Of a stretch of DNA of 64,000 bases, positions 10,510 to 22,248 are shown one piece after another. The notes beneath the pieces were generated by a model that did not search any database, had not been told where the DNA came from, and was given only the letters and a program-made list of their open reading frames with translations. A program made the position numbers and the translations under genes. The stretch's first letter is position 1. Each line of letters opens with the position of its first letter. This stretch comes from Nibricoccus sp. (GTDB lineage Bacteria; Verrucomicrobiota; Verrucomicrobiia; Opitutales; Opitutaceae), in assembly GCA_047602425.1 (NCBI GenBank), contig JASGHG010000001.1:3072001-3136000 (forward strand), written 5' to 3'.

Positions 10510-12610
10510 CCATCTAAGATACCTGGCAATGGTTGCGCTTGTGCTCCTGGCCTTGCTTTTTCCCACGGCGACGTCGAAAGCCGAACAGGATAAAACAGCT
10601 AAGATTCGGATCGCGGGCCTGGGTCTTTGGCGTGACCGGGAGATGAGGGTTGCGCTGGAGCGAATGTTGGGCAGCGACCGTGGCTCCGTCCTCGGCGCCA
10701 ACGCACTCGAAGACACCGCGTTTTTGCTATTTTCCGTGCTGAACGACGAAGGCTACCAAACGCCCGTGATTAAAATCCGGGTCGAAGTCGCCGGCGGAAA
10801 AACAGAGACCTATCTGCTCGATGAAAATCTTGATGTGAATCTGCCTCCAAAGATTGAGACCCGCGCGGTGCGATTCGAGGTGAAAACCGGGCCTCGTTCC
10901 TACGTGGAAAGGGTCAAAATCGAAGGGCTGAAAGCGCTGGATGCGAAAGCGGGTGAATCTTTTTTCAAACCGGCGAATACGCTGATCACGACAAAAGTCT
11001 CCAAGGCCTATTCCCCCTCTCGCACACGACGCTCGGCGGAAAAACTCCGCGAAGAACTGCGTTTGCAAGGCTACGCGCAGGCCCGGGTCGAAGCGGCGCC
11101 GGTGAATATCGACAAAGCGAAAGGTGGCCCCGTCACGCTACACGTGAAAGTCGATGAAGGGCCACGGTGGTTGGTTTCCGATTTTCGTTACGAAAAAGCC
11201 GATCCCGCGGAAATCGGTTTCGTGCCCACGATACGGGCAGGGCAACCCTGGTCCGCCACGTTGCAACAGAATATGACGGAAGAATTGCGGCGGGCGTATT
11301 TTAAAAAAGGATACGCCGACGTTGCCATCCGCGTCCTGCCGGAGGCGGCTCCGGCGTCGGGGGGACACCGCCTCGTGGTCGCCGCGGCCCAGATCGAGCC
11401 GGGTCCGCTGGTGAAGGTGGGCGAGGTGCATTTCGAGGGGAACAAACATACCAGCACCACGATCCTGCGACGCCGCGTGCGGATTAAAACCGGCGCTCCT
11501 TTCGATCCAGTCATCCTCGAAAATTCCCGATACCGCCTTTCACGGCTCGGAGTTTTTGAAGCGGTCGATTTGCATTCGAAACCCGAGGACGGGGAAGTGC
11601 GCGATCCGATTTTCACGTTGAGGGAAGGGCCTCGCTACGAGACAAATTTGCTGGCTGGTTACGGAAGCTATGAACAGTTGCGTGGCGGCGTGGAGTTTAG
11701 GCAGATGAATTTGTTCGGTCGGGCTCATCAAAGTCGTTTTGAGTTGGTGCAATCGATGAAGGGCACGCGCGGTGAGTATGCTTACACCGTGCCCGAACTG
11801 TTCGGGGAAACCATTGACGGCACCTCCCGGGTATTCGGACTGCAACGCGAGGAACTTTCGTTCCTGCGGCAGGAGTTCGGCGTCAATGTGACCTTGAAGC
11901 GGCAGCTTCCCTGGCTCCGCGCGGAAGGTACTGCCGGTTACACGCTGCAAACTTTGAAAAATCTCGACAACGAACTCACCACCCGCACGGCCGACGACAA
12001 GAATGTCAATGTAGGTAGCATCGAGTTGGGCATCACGCGGGACAAGCGCGACAGCCCGTTGCGACCGCGGCGCGGTTACCGTTGGTTCGGTCATGTGGAA
12101 GCGGCGAACCAGGCTTTTGGTGGCGAAGTGAACTACGAACGCTCCGAATTGGGCGGCGCCTACCATTTCAGCATAGGGCAATGGCAGTTCATGCACGTGG
12201 CGCTGACACATGGCGTGCTCACCACTTACGGGAAAAGCGACGAGACCATACCGGTGAACAAACGTTTTTTCCCGGGCGGCGACAGTTCCATCCGTGGCTA
12301 TCAGGAAGGCGAGGCGGCGCCGCGGGGAGACGACGGACGTTTCATCGGAGCGAAAACCTACACGTTGTTGAATCTTGAATACGAACAGGTGCTGACCGAA
12401 GACTGGTCCGCCGTGCTTTTTTTCGACGGTCTTGGTTCTGCGGCGAGGTTAGCTGACTATCCATTCGACGAACGGCTTTATTCCATCGGCATCGGCATTC
12501 GTTACCAGACTTTGGTCGGACCGATCCGGCTCGAATATGGGAGAAATGTGAAACCTCGCACTGGCGATCCCAGCGGCACGATTCATCTTTCAATCGGATT
12601 TCCCTTTTAA
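10499..12610 (+). CDS. BamA/TamA family (Omp85) outer membrane protein with POTRA domains
   Basis: POTRA-like segments (FEGNKHTS..ILRR), RFFPGGDSSIRGY lid motif, GPIRLEYG, C-terminal SIGFPF. Confidence 0.88.
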   Translation: MPNSHLRYLAMVALVLLALLFPTATSKAEQDKTAKIRIAGLGLWRDREMRVALERMLGSDRGSVLGANALEDTAFLLFSVLNDEGYQTPVIKIRVEVAGGKTETYLLDENLDVNLPPKIETRAVRFEVKTGPRSYVERVKIEGLKALDAKAGESFFKPANTLITTKVSKAYSPSRTRRSAEKLREELRLQGYAQARVEAAPVNIDKAKGGPVTLHVKVDEGPRWLVSDFRYEKADPAEIGFVPTIRAGQPWSATLQQNMTEELRRAYFKKGYADVAIRVLPEAAPASGGHRLVVAAAQIEPGPLVKVGEVHFEGNKHTSTTILRRRVRIKTGAPFDPVILENSRYRLSRLGVFEAVDLHSKPEDGEVRDPIFTLREGPRYETNLLAGYGSYEQLRGGVEFRQMNLFGRAHQSRFELVQSMKGTRGEYAYTVPELFGETIDGTSRVFGLQREELSFLRQEFGVNVTLKRQLPWLRAEGTAGYTLQTLKNLDNELTTRTADDKNVNVGSIELGITRDKRDSPLRPRRGYRWFGHVEAANQAFGGEVNYERSELGGAYHFSIGQWQFMHVALTHGVLTTYGKSDETIPVNKRFFPGGDSSIRGYQEGEAAPRGDDGRFIGAKTYTLLNLEYEQVLTEDWSAVLFFDGLGSAARLADYPFDERLYSIGIGIRYQTLVGPIRLEYGRNVKPRTGDPSGTIHLSIGFPF

Positions 12611-12823
12611 CCTCCGAGACGCTTTGGCGCATCGAAGTGATGGAACGCGCGATTGTGGCGCGGATAGAAATTTCGACATTGTTTCCACGAAGATCATTCC
12701 GGTTTGCAACACATTCTCTTACATTGCGTTGGACTGTTCTGGCATTTTCTCATCCCCTCTTGCCGAAATGGGCCGCCTTTTGCTAATTAGGCGTGTCCAA
12801 AAAATTCAACCACACTCCTAACC

Positions 12824-13519
12824 ATGATGATGTATTGGCTCCTTCTGTTAATCGTTCCCGTTCTTCTGGGCGTTTATGCGCAGATGAAAGTTTCGAGTGC
12901 GTACCACAAAAATCTTCAAATTCCATCGCGCGGTCGCATCAGCGGTGCGGAAGCCGCCCAAGCTGTGATGGACAGCGCGGGCATCAACGACGTCGAGATC
13001 GTCGAAGTCCAAGGCCAGCTCTCGGACCATTACGATCCGATGAACAAAAAGCTCGCGCTTTCCTCGGACAACTACCGTGGCACCAGCCTCGCCGCACTTG
13101 GCGTCGCTGCCCACGAGGCAGGCCATGCGATTCAGCACAAGCAGGGCTATGCCATGATGCAAGTTCGCCAAAACATGGTGCCGGTGATGCAATTCGCCGC
13201 ACCAGTCGCATACTTCTTCACCGGCTTCGGCTTCTATCTGCTCGGTTACATGGGTTCGACCATGATGATGATCGGCATCGCGGCGCTCGCGGTGCTGACG
13301 CTCTTCCAACTCGTCACTCTGCCCGTCGAATTCGACGCGAGCCGCCGCGCGAAATTGCAACTCGTCAACCTCGGCATCCTTGGCCGCGACGAAATGCCCG
13401 GCGTGAATGAAACGCTCAACGCCGCCGCACTGACCTATGTCGCCGCGTTCGTGAGCTCGCTCGGCCAGCTTTTGCACCTCGTGCTAATGCTGACCGGCGG
13501 TGGCCGCCGCGACGATTGA
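12824..13519 (+). CDS. Membrane zinc metallopeptidase (YugP / Zn_peptidase_2 family)
   Basis: LSDHYDP, VAAHEAGHAIQ, TLPVEFDASRRA, AAALTYVAA. Confidence 0.9.
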   Translation: MMMYWLLLLIVPVLLGVYAQMKVSSAYHKNLQIPSRGRISGAEAAQAVMDSAGINDVEIVEVQGQLSDHYDPMNKKLALSSDNYRGTSLAALGVAAHEAGHAIQHKQGYAMMQVRQNMVPVMQFAAPVAYFFTGFGFYLLGYMGSTMMMIGIAALAVLTLFQLVTLPVEFDASRRAKLQLVNLGILGRDEMPGVNETLNAAALTYVAAFVSSLGQLLHLVLMLTGGGRRDD

Positions 13520-13557
13520 GCGAGGCCGAGCCGAAAAACGGTTCCCATGGAAATTTC

Positions 13558-13592
13558 AAAGCCGCGTCCGAAAGACGCGGCTTTTTGTTTTT
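13558..13592. terminator. Probable bidirectional terminator between the convergent peptidase gene and tyrS
   Basis: AAAGCCGCGTC-cgaaa-GACGCGGCTTT followed by T-rich sequence. Confidence 0.8.
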
Positions 13593-13620
13593 CAGAAATC
13601 GCCAATCGCGGAGGGCAGAG

Positions 13621-14898
<1,278 letters not shown>

Positions 14899-15236
14899 GG
14901 AACGGGCAGAAAAACGCACCGGCGGCGGGAGGGCAAGGGGAAGGTGAGGGGGCGTTTGGCGGGAATCTCAAGAAAGGAAGTGGGTGGATCGCGAGATCAG
15001 GCTGCGATTTGAGCGGACGAAATGGTTTTCCTAATCTTCCCACCTGCCCCGCGTTGAAGGCCTGCTCTATGGGTCAACCTGTTCGCAGAAATGCTAATGG
15101 CGAAGGCCTTGCCTCTAGAATGGGGGCTTCTTTTGGGAAAAACGATTTGTCTAGGCCCCGCGGGAGTTGCTAGCGTGCGATTCCTTTTCCGGCGCACGTC
15201 GCGTTGGAGAATATTCAACCATCAACGTTGATCATC

Positions 15237-15710
15237 ATGCCTATCGCAGTTGGTTCCAAAGCCCCTGATTTCACCCTCAAATCGAAGGCCGCTGACGGCC
15301 TTAAAGACATCAAGCTCAGCGACAATTTCGGCAAGAAGCAGACTGTGCTGCTCTTCTTCCCCCTCGCTTTTACCAGCGTGTGCACACAGGAAATGTGTGA
15401 CACGAGCGGCGGTCTCTCCGACTACGAAAAACTTGGCGCGGACGTCATCGCGATCAGCGTCGACAGTCCCTTTGCGCAGGAAGCGTGGGCTCAAAAGAAT
15501 GGCATCAAGCTCACGATCGTTTCCGACTTGAACAAGGAAACAACCAAAGCCTATGGCGTGCTTTTCCCGGGTCTTGCCGGTATCGGCGACACCGCGGCTC
15601 GCGCGGCTTTCGTCATCGGCAAGGACGGTGTCGTGAAATACGCCGAACAAACCGCCACGCCTAAGGACCTTCCGAATTTCGCGGCGGTGAAAGCGGCGCT
15701 GGGCAAGTAA
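15237..15710 (+). CDS. Peroxiredoxin (AhpC/TSA family, BCP/AhpE-like)
   Basis: APDFTL, FFPLAFTSVCTQEMC (PxxxTxxC), ISVDS, RAAFVIGKDG. Confidence 0.9.
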   Translation: MPIAVGSKAPDFTLKSKAADGLKDIKLSDNFGKKQTVLLFFPLAFTSVCTQEMCDTSGGLSDYEKLGADVIAISVDSPFAQEAWAQKNGIKLTIVSDLNKETTKAYGVLFPGLAGIGDTAARAAFVIGKDGVVKYAEQTATPKDLPNFAAVKAALGK

Positions 15711-15720
15711 CGGTTTTTTA

Positions 15721-15770
15721 GTAGGAGCGGATTTATCCCGCGATCCGTCGCGACGTAAAGCCGCTCCTAC
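15721..15770. repeat. GTAG-type REP doublet (inverted pair)
   Basis: GTAGGAGCGGATTTATCCCGCGA-tccg-TCGCGACGTAAAGCCGCTCCTAC. The arms match at 19/23 positions. Confidence 0.75.
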
Positions 15771-15800
15771 AATCTGCAATTTGAAACAACGGACATCACC

Positions 15801-18641
15801 ATGAGCCTCCCCAATCCCTTCAACACACTTCAGTCCTTCTCGGCAGCTGGCGGCACGAACAAGTTCTATTCGCTGCCCGCTTTGGAGAAAGCCGGTCTCG
15901 GCAAAATCTCGCGTCTGCCCGTTTCGATCCGGCTCGTGCTTGAATCGTTGCTGCGCAATTGCGACGGCAAGCGCGTATCCGAGTTGGCCATACGCGAGTT
16001 GGCGGGATGGGGTGCAAAGGCTCCGCGCACCGAGGAAATTCCATTCGTTGTCGCACGCATTGTGTTGCAGGACTTCACCGGCGTGCCGCTTCTGGTTGAC
16101 CTCGCGGCCATGCGCTCGGCCGTGACCAAACTCGGCAAAAACCCGAAGATCATCGAGCCGCTTGTGCCGGTTGACCTCGTGGTTGATCACTCCGTGCAAG
16201 TCGATTTTGCGGGCAGCCCGGAGGCATTGCAGAAAAATCTCGAACTGGAATTTTCCCGCAACCGCGAGCGTTATCAATTCCTGAAGTGGGGCATGCAGGC
16301 CTTTGACACCTTTAAGGTGGTTCCCCCGGGAATCGGCATCGTGCACCAGGTCAACCTTGAGTACCTCGCGAAGGGCGTCCTCAGTGACAGCAACGGCGTC
16401 TACTATCCGGATACGCTCGTCGGCACCGATTCGCACACGACGATGATCAATGGCATCGGCATCGTCGGCTGGGGCGTGGGCGGCATCGAAGCCGAGGCCG
16501 GCATGCTTGGCCAACCCGTGTACTTCCTTACACCTGATGTTGTCGGTGTCCATTTGATCGGCTCGCTGAAGGAAGGCGTCACCGCGACCGACCTTGCGCT
16601 CACCGTTACGCAGCTCATGCGCAAGACGAAGGTCGTCGGCAAGTTCGTCGAATTTTTTGGACCCGGAGCCGCCGCGCTTCCGGTCGTCGACCGGGCCACC
16701 ATTGCCAACATGGCGCCCGAATACGGCGCGACGATGGGTTTCTTCCCGATCGACGCCGAGTGTTCGAACTACCTTCGCGCCACCGGCCGCGACGAGAAAC
16801 TCGTCGAGACCTACGAGGCCTACTACAAGGCTCAAGGCCTTTGGGGCATCCCGCAACAGGGCCAGATCGACTACTCGCAAGTCGTGGAGTTGGATCTTGG
16901 TTCGGTTGTTCCAAGCGTGGCTGGTCCGAAGCGTCCGCAGGACCGCATCGTTCTCAATAATCTCAAGAACGAATTCACTTCTTCCTTCTCGAAACCGGTT
17001 GCGGAAAACGGTTTTGGCAAAAAGGCGGAGGATTTTTCCCGGCGTTTCAACGTGGGCGGCGAGCCCACGATTCTCGCCTCGGGCGGCGGCAGCCAGGAGC
17101 CTGTCTCCCTGCATGAAGCCAAGGCTCGCAACACGAATCCCACCACCGAATTGGAAATGGCGAATAATCGTCCAACTCCCGACACGGTCCTTGAGGTGAA
17201 AGCGGCCACGCCTTCCGGTTCGCTGGCACATGGTTCGGTCTTGATTGCGGCGATCACGAGTTGCACGAACACTTCGAACCCTTCGGTGATGCTTGCGGCC
17301 GGCTTGGTTGCAAAGAAGGCCGTTGAAAAGGGTCTGAAGCTCAATCCGCTCGTCAAATCCTCGCTCGCCCCGGGCTCCCGGGTCGTGACCGATTATCTCA
17401 CGAAAACCGGTCTCCAGCCTTATCTCGATCAGCTCGGTTTCCAGACCGTCGGTTACGGTTGCACCACCTGTATCGGCAATTCCGGCCCGCTGGCCGCTCC
17501 GATCGAGGAAGCCGTCGTGAAGAACGACGTCGTGGCGGCATCCGTTCTGTCCGGCAATCGCAACTTCGAGGCCCGCGTTCACCAGAATATCAAGGCCAAT
17601 TTCCTCATGTCGCCGCCGCTTGTTGTCGCCTTTGCGCTCGCCGGCCGGGTCGACATCGATCTCACAGCCGAACCTATCGGAACCGGTAAATCCGGCCCGG
17701 TTTTCCTGAAAGACATCTGGCCTTCGATCCAGGAAGTCCGCGACCAGATGCAGGCCGCGCTCAAGCCCGAGGTTTTCCGCAAGCTCTACGCCGACTTCGC
17801 CGCGCAGAATCCGAAATGGAACGAAATCCCCTCCAGCGTGGGCAATGTTTACGCCTTCGACGCCAGTTCGACCTACATTCAGGAACCGCCGTTTTTCGCG
17901 AATTTCAGCCTGCAGCCGGGCACGATCGCCGAAATCAAGGGCGCCCGGGCGCTCGGCATTTTTGGCGACTCCGTTACGACCGACCACATCTCGCCCGCCG
18001 GCGCGATCAAGAAGTCGTCGCCCGCCGGGAAATTCCTTCTGGAGAATGGTGTGGCTTTTGAGGATTTCAATTCCTACGGCTCGCGCCGCGGCAACGACCG
18101 CATCATGACGCGCGGCACCTTTGCCAATGTCCGCATCAAAAACCTGATGCTCGGTGGCGAGGAGGGTGGCAACACCTTCGGGCCCGATGGCGCCAAGACC
18201 TCAATCTACGACGCTTCCATCGCGTATCAGAAACTCAATACACCGCTGATCATCATCGCCGGACAGGAATACGGCACCGGTTCGTCGCGCGACTGGGCGG
18301 CCAAAGGCACCAATCAACTCGGTATCAAAGTGGTTGTTGCGCAAAGCTTCGAACGCATCCATCGCTCGAACCTCGTCGGCATGGGCGTGCTGCCTCTTCA
18401 GTTCAAGGAAGGCACGACCGCGCAAACATTGAAGCTCGACGGTACAGAAACGTTCGACGTCGTGGGCCTCAGCTCGGCGGTGAAACCGCAACAGGATTTG
18501 ACGCTGCGAATCACCCGTAAAAATGGTGAGCGGCTGGACGTTGTTGTCCGCTGCCGCATCGATACGCCGATCGAAATCGACTACTACCAACATGGAGGCA
18601 TTTTGCCCTACGTTTTGCGCCAGATCGTGTCGAAGAATTGA
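15801..18641 (+). CDS. acnA: Aconitate hydratase A
   Basis: [56 protein letters not shown]. Confidence 0.97.
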   Translation: MSLPNPFNTLQSFSAAGGTNKFYSLPALEKAGLGKISRLPVSIRLVLESLLRNCDGKRVSELAIRELAGWGAKAPRTEEIPFVVARIVLQDFTGVPLLVDLAAMRSAVTKLGKNPKIIEPLVPVDLVVDHSVQVDFAGSPEALQKNLELEFSRNRERYQFLKWGMQAFDTFKVVPPGIGIVHQVNLEYLAKGVLSDSNGVYYPDTLVGTDSHTTMINGIGIVGWGVGGIEAEAGMLGQPVYFLTPDVVGVHLIGSLKEGVTATDLALTVTQLMRKTKVVGKFVEFFGPGAAALPVVDRATIANMAPEYGATMGFFPIDAECSNYLRATGRDEKLVETYEAYYKAQGLWGIPQQGQIDYSQVVELDLGSVVPSVAGPKRPQDRIVLNNLKNEFTSSFSKPVAENGFGKKAEDFSRRFNVGGEPTILASGGGSQEPVSLHEAKARNTNPTTELEMANNRPTPDTVLEVKAATPSGSLAHGSVLIAAITSCTNTSNPSVMLAAGLVAKKAVEKGLKLNPLVKSSLAPGSRVVTDYLTKTGLQPYLDQLGFQTVGYGCTTCIGNSGPLAAPIEEAVVKNDVVAASVLSGNRNFEARVHQNIKANFLMSPPLVVAFALAGRVDIDLTAEPIGTGKSGPVFLKDIWPSIQEVRDQMQAALKPEVFRKLYADFAAQNPKWNEIPSSVGNVYAFDASSTYIQEPPFFANFSLQPGTIAEIKGARALGIFGDSVTTDHISPAGAIKKSSPAGKFLLENGVAFEDFNSYGSRRGNDRIMTRGTFANVRIKNLMLGGEEGGNTFGPDGAKTSIYDASIAYQKLNTPLIIIAGQEYGTGSSRDWAAKGTNQLGIKVVVAQSFERIHRSNLVGMGVLPLQFKEGTTAQTLKLDGTETFDVVGLSSAVKPQQDLTLRITRKNGERLDVVVRCRIDTPIEIDYYQHGGILPYVLRQIVSKN

Positions 18642-18734
18642 GTCGACGCAGGGGGACGAGAACAAAGCTGCAAAAAAGGATGTCTCGCCACGTCCATTTT
18701 GGTAGTTTTTGATCTTGTTCTCCTTTCGACTGAC

Positions 18735-19244
18735 ATGCCCGACAACGCCAAGCCATCCTTCCTCGTTGATGCCTATTCCGATCCCGTGCTTGTGAGGATC
18801 GAAGGACGCGCTTCCTTTCAAAACAGCGGCTGTCTGCACGACTTTTTCGTTGAAATGATGAAGCAGGGGAAGGTGCGCTTCGTGCTCGATTTCCAGAACT
18901 GCACGAGCATGGACAGCACGTTCCTCGGCGTCATGGCCGGCCTCGCCCTTGAACTGCGCAAAAAAACGCCGCCCGGCAGCCTCGTGATTGTCCGGGCCAG
19001 CCAGCGCAACCTGGAGCTGATCCGTAATCTCGGGTTGCACCGCCTCGTGACCGTCGACGCCGGTAGTTTTCAGATGAACTTTGGTTCCGGTGCGACCGCG
19101 CTGCAATGCGGCAGTCGCGACGAACTTGAACACGCCCGCCTCGTTTTGCAGGCCCATGAAAATCTCGTGGCAACCGACGAAAGCAATCGGGCCAAGTTTC
19201 AGGATGTGCTCAGTTTCCTCAAAAACCGCGTCGAGCAAAAGTAA
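18735..19244 (+). CDS. STAS domain protein (anti-sigma factor antagonist type) with C-terminal extension
   Basis: LDFQNCTSMDSTFLG with the conserved phosphorylatable Ser. C-terminal AHENL..N..KF.DV. Confidence 0.85.
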   Translation: MPDNAKPSFLVDAYSDPVLVRIEGRASFQNSGCLHDFFVEMMKQGKVRFVLDFQNCTSMDSTFLGVMAGLALELRKKTPPGSLVIVRASQRNLELIRNLGLHRLVTVDAGSFQMNFGSGATALQCGSRDELEHARLVLQAHENLVATDESNRAKFQDVLSFLKNRVEQK

Positions 19245-19286
19245 GATAAAAATTCCGCGGTTACTTTCAGAGCTGCAAAGACTGAT

Positions 19287-19511
19287 ATGAAAAGCTCCGC
19301 TCAAATTATCGCGCCAAACTTTAAGCGACACCGCGAACGCGAGGCGGAAAAAGCAGTCTTGAAATCCAAGATCGGGAAGCGGTTTCAGGAGCAACTTGCT
19401 GCGGCGAGCTTATGGGAAAGATTCAAAATTTGGATACAGATTACCCGGGAAGTGGAGACCGAGCTTGATGAAAAATTTCCGCCTTCTGCGATGTACTGGA
19501 TCGCACGATAG
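19287..19511 (+). CDS. Hypothetical small protein (74 aa)
   Basis: ATG-started ORF filling the gap between co-oriented genes. No recognisable motif. Confidence 0.5.
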   Translation: MKSSAQIIAPNFKRHREREAEKAVLKSKIGKRFQEQLAAASLWERFKIWIQITREVETELDEKFPPSAMYWIAR

Positions 19512-19577
19512 CCACACAAAAACTTGGTGTTGTCGGTTGTGAAACCGCCTTGATCGTCTTCGTCCTGTTAGATCGCC

Positions 19578-20138
19578 ATGCACGCAATCGAACGCCTTTT
19601 CGTAAGCCTGAATCTGCCGTCGGCGGGCAAGGATGCGCTGGCGAAGTTACAAGAGGAACAGCCAGGCGTGGTGTGGGGAATCCCGGAGCAGTTTCACCTC
19701 ACGATGCGTTTCCTCGGCGACGTGGAAACGGCTCTCGCGGCGAGAATCGAGGACGAATTCGCAAAGATCCAAGTTGAACCTTTTTTGCTGCCGTTGGGCG
19801 GTATCGGCCGGTTTCCGCCGCGTGGTCCCGTTCGAGTATTATGGGCCGGCATGGGAAGCGGACACACGCGGTTGCATCAATTGCGCAAGAAAATCGACGA
19901 CGCGACACTCACCGCGGGCTGGCGGGGTGAACTTCGGAATTTTGAGCCGCACATCACGCTGGGTCGCGTGTGCGAGGATGCCGAACCAGCGCCAGTCGAC
20001 CAATGGCTGAAAAATCATCGCGATTTCGAAGGACTGGTGTTTCGCGTGACGACCTACGATCTGATGTCGAGCAAACTGCGGCCCGGCGGTGCTGAACACA
20101 CATTGAAGCGGCGATTTTCTTTGGTCGACGCGAAGTGA
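19578..20138 (+). CDS. thpR: RNA 2',3'-cyclic phosphodiesterase (2H family)
   Basis: Two HxT motifs: FHLTMRFLG and FEPHITLGR. Confidence 0.9.
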   Translation: MHAIERLFVSLNLPSAGKDALAKLQEEQPGVVWGIPEQFHLTMRFLGDVETALAARIEDEFAKIQVEPFLLPLGGIGRFPPRGPVRVLWAGMGSGHTRLHQLRKKIDDATLTAGWRGELRNFEPHITLGRVCEDAEPAPVDQWLKNHRDFEGLVFRVTTYDLMSSKLRPGGAEHTLKRRFSLVDAK

Positions 20139-20199
20139 ACTGACGGCGTGCAGGCAGTGTTGTCCCGGTTGCTGCGGCCGACTTCGGCTTCGGGGCTTT

Positions 20200-21195
20200 T
20201 CAGGGATCGACGATCACCGGTAGACCGACGTAGGCCATTCCGAGCAGCATTTGCGCATCCCAATTGGCGAGACGGAAACAGCCATGCGATTCGGTACGGC
20301 CGACTTGTTCGGGATTCGGCGTGCCATGAATGCCATAGCCGGGGAGGTCGAGACCGATCCAGGCGACACCGACAGGATTGTTGGGGCCGGGCGGAATCAT
20401 GAGTTTGCGTCCAATTTCCCGCGCTTCGGCTGACTCGGGGAAAACCTCCGGATCGAAAGTATAATCGGGGTTGGGCACGACGACCGTGACGTGAAGTTCC
20501 CCCTCGGGACGTTTTTCGGCGCGTTTGGCAATGCTGACCGGGCAGTGCGCAAGGATATTGCCGGCCTCGTCCCTGGCTTGGAGCGTTTTGTCGCTGAGGG
20601 AAATATGGAGGTTGGCTGGGCGAGGCAGCGGGACTTCACGCTCGATCGCAGGGACAACGATTTTGGTATTGGGGGTGATCCTGGCCCAATCGAGATCGGG
20701 ATTTAGCTGTTTGAGAAGTTTTGGATGCGCATGGGTGCGCTCGGCGGCGAGTTCGAGTGCGGTCTCGCAGGCGAGGGCGGTTTGTTCGGCTTTGCCGAGC
20801 CAGGTTTTGCTGAGCGGTTGAAGTCCGGCGAGGTCCTCGGCGCTGAGGGAGATTTGCTGGTAGATATGACTGTTGAGGACAAGGCGCTCGCGGGTGGCGG
20901 TGTCGAGGCGTCCGGTGGGGTCCAATCCGGCGCGCTCCTGAAAAGCACGAAGGCCCGCTGCCGATTGATAGCCGCCTACGCCGTCGATCGAACCGCAGGA
21001 AATAGCCTGACGGGCGAGCGCGATTTGGACGTCGAGCCAGTTTTCAACGGACCGCGGATATTTGTAGATGCGAGGCAGTGTAACCTGAGCCGGCGCGTCC
21101 GGCTGCGACTTGCCCGGCGTGGATGGTTTCTTTGGTTCGGCTCCCCGGCACGGCAGTCCGCAACAAAGTACGAGAAGGGCGGTGGCGCATCGCAT
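20200..21195 (-). CDS. L,D-transpeptidase (YkuD) with peptidoglycan-binding domain
   Basis: PPGPNNPVG, YGIHGT, SHGCFRL. IDGVGG..AFQ..GLDPTGRLD PG-binding segment. Start at ATG 21195. Confidence 0.9.
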   Translation of the reverse strand: MRCATALLVLCCGLPCRGAEPKKPSTPGKSQPDAPAQVTLPRIYKYPRSVENWLDVQIALARQAISCGSIDGVGGYQSAAGLRAFQERAGLDPTGRLDTATRERLVLNSHIYQQISLSAEDLAGLQPLSKTWLGKAEQTALACETALELAAERTHAHPKLLKQLNPDLDWARITPNTKIVVPAIEREVPLPRPANLHISLSDKTLQARDEAGNILAHCPVSIAKRAEKRPEGELHVTVVVPNPDYTFDPEVFPESAEAREIGRKLMIPPGPNNPVGVAWIGLDLPGYGIHGTPNPEQVGRTESHGCFRLANWDAQMLLGMAYVGLPVIVDP

Positions 21196-21369
21196 GGGTG
21201 GGGAACATGGCGAAAAAAACGAAGGCGTTGAAGCAAGAAATCCGGCGGACATTTGCTTCCTGCGGTCGGTTGGCGGAATGGGGTCTATCGAAAGGATGCG
21301 GACAAAACTGAACAAACTCCCCGAAACTTTGGTACTTGGCTCCAGCGATGAGCTTCTCGTCCAAATTGC

Positions 21370-21927
21370 CTAGTCAAACGCCGCGTCGATGAGATCGCAG
21401 AAATGATGGATCAAAAACAGATGCGCTTCTTGCGCGGTGCGACCGGAATCGCCCGGGATAATCAAATCGACCGTTGCGACTCCCTTGGCTTTTCCACCTC
21501 CGCGGCCGAGGAAGGAGACGCTATTCAGTCCGAGTTTTTTGGCGGTTTGCAGGGCGGCGAGGACGTTGCCGGAATTGCCGCTGGATGTGAGGACGACAAC
21601 GAGATCGCCTGGTTGGGCGAGGCCTTCGATCTGGCGCGAGAAGGCGCTATCGAAACCATAGTCGTTGCCGATGCATGAAACGAGCGAGCCATCGGCGTTG
21701 AGCGCCATCGCGGGCAGGGAGCGGCGGTTTTTGAAATAACGACCGACGAGCTCGGTGGAAAAATGTTGGGCTTCCGCAGCGCTACCGCCGTTGCCGCAGA
21801 TGAGTAGTTTTTTCCCATTGCGCAGCGTTTCAAGGATGAGCGTGCCGGCGCGTTCGATCTGGCCGCGGATATCTTTGAGGGAATCGAGCGTTTTAATGGT
21901 GGCGGCAAGAGAGGAGTCGAGGCTCAT
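21370..21927 (-). CDS. gmhA: Phosphoheptose isomerase (SIS domain)
   Basis: CGNGGSAAEAQHF, GNDYGFD, SSGNS, QEAH. Confidence 0.88.
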   Translation of the reverse strand: MSLDSSLAATIKTLDSLKDIRGQIERAGTLILETLRNGKKLLICGNGGSAAEAQHFSTELVGRYFKNRRSLPAMALNADGSLVSCIGNDYGFDSAFSRQIEGLAQPGDLVVVLTSSGNSGNVLAALQTAKKLGLNSVSFLGRGGGKAKGVATVDLIIPGDSGRTAQEAHLFLIHHFCDLIDAAFD

Positions 21928-22046
21928 TGCCTTCGTTTTTTGGGGAGAAGCCCGTAAAGGTCACGACGTAAATGTTGTATCAAGAGCCCGAGGCATCAGC
22001 CAACTGCGACGCACTTGAAGAGAGGCGCAAAATCGCCTCAACCCGT

Positions 22047-22124
22047 TTGTCATCTATTAAATGACAAGAGGTTCAGATTGAGCGCTGCGTTGAGATGATT
22101 TGCTTGTCATTTAATAGATGACAA
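22047..22124. repeat. Perfect 22-bp inverted repeat pair, each arm itself palindromic
   Basis: TTGTCATCTATTAAATGACAAG (22047-22068) and its exact reverse complement (22103-22124), 34 bp apart. Confidence 0.9.
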
Positions 22125-22248
22125 GTGGGCCGAACGCGAGGGATCAGGACTGGCCGGAGACGGGTTGAGAGAACGGGCGGCGTGGGGGCAGGGCATTTAA
22201 ATTTTGCGGCTTGGCGCGGGGTGGGTTCGGAAGCTGAATAGCGGTTGC

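Noticed and set aside
15222..17987. 921-aa antisense ORF over the peroxiredoxin gene and acnA
   Set aside because: Shadow ORF caused by the codon bias of the sense genes. No motifs.
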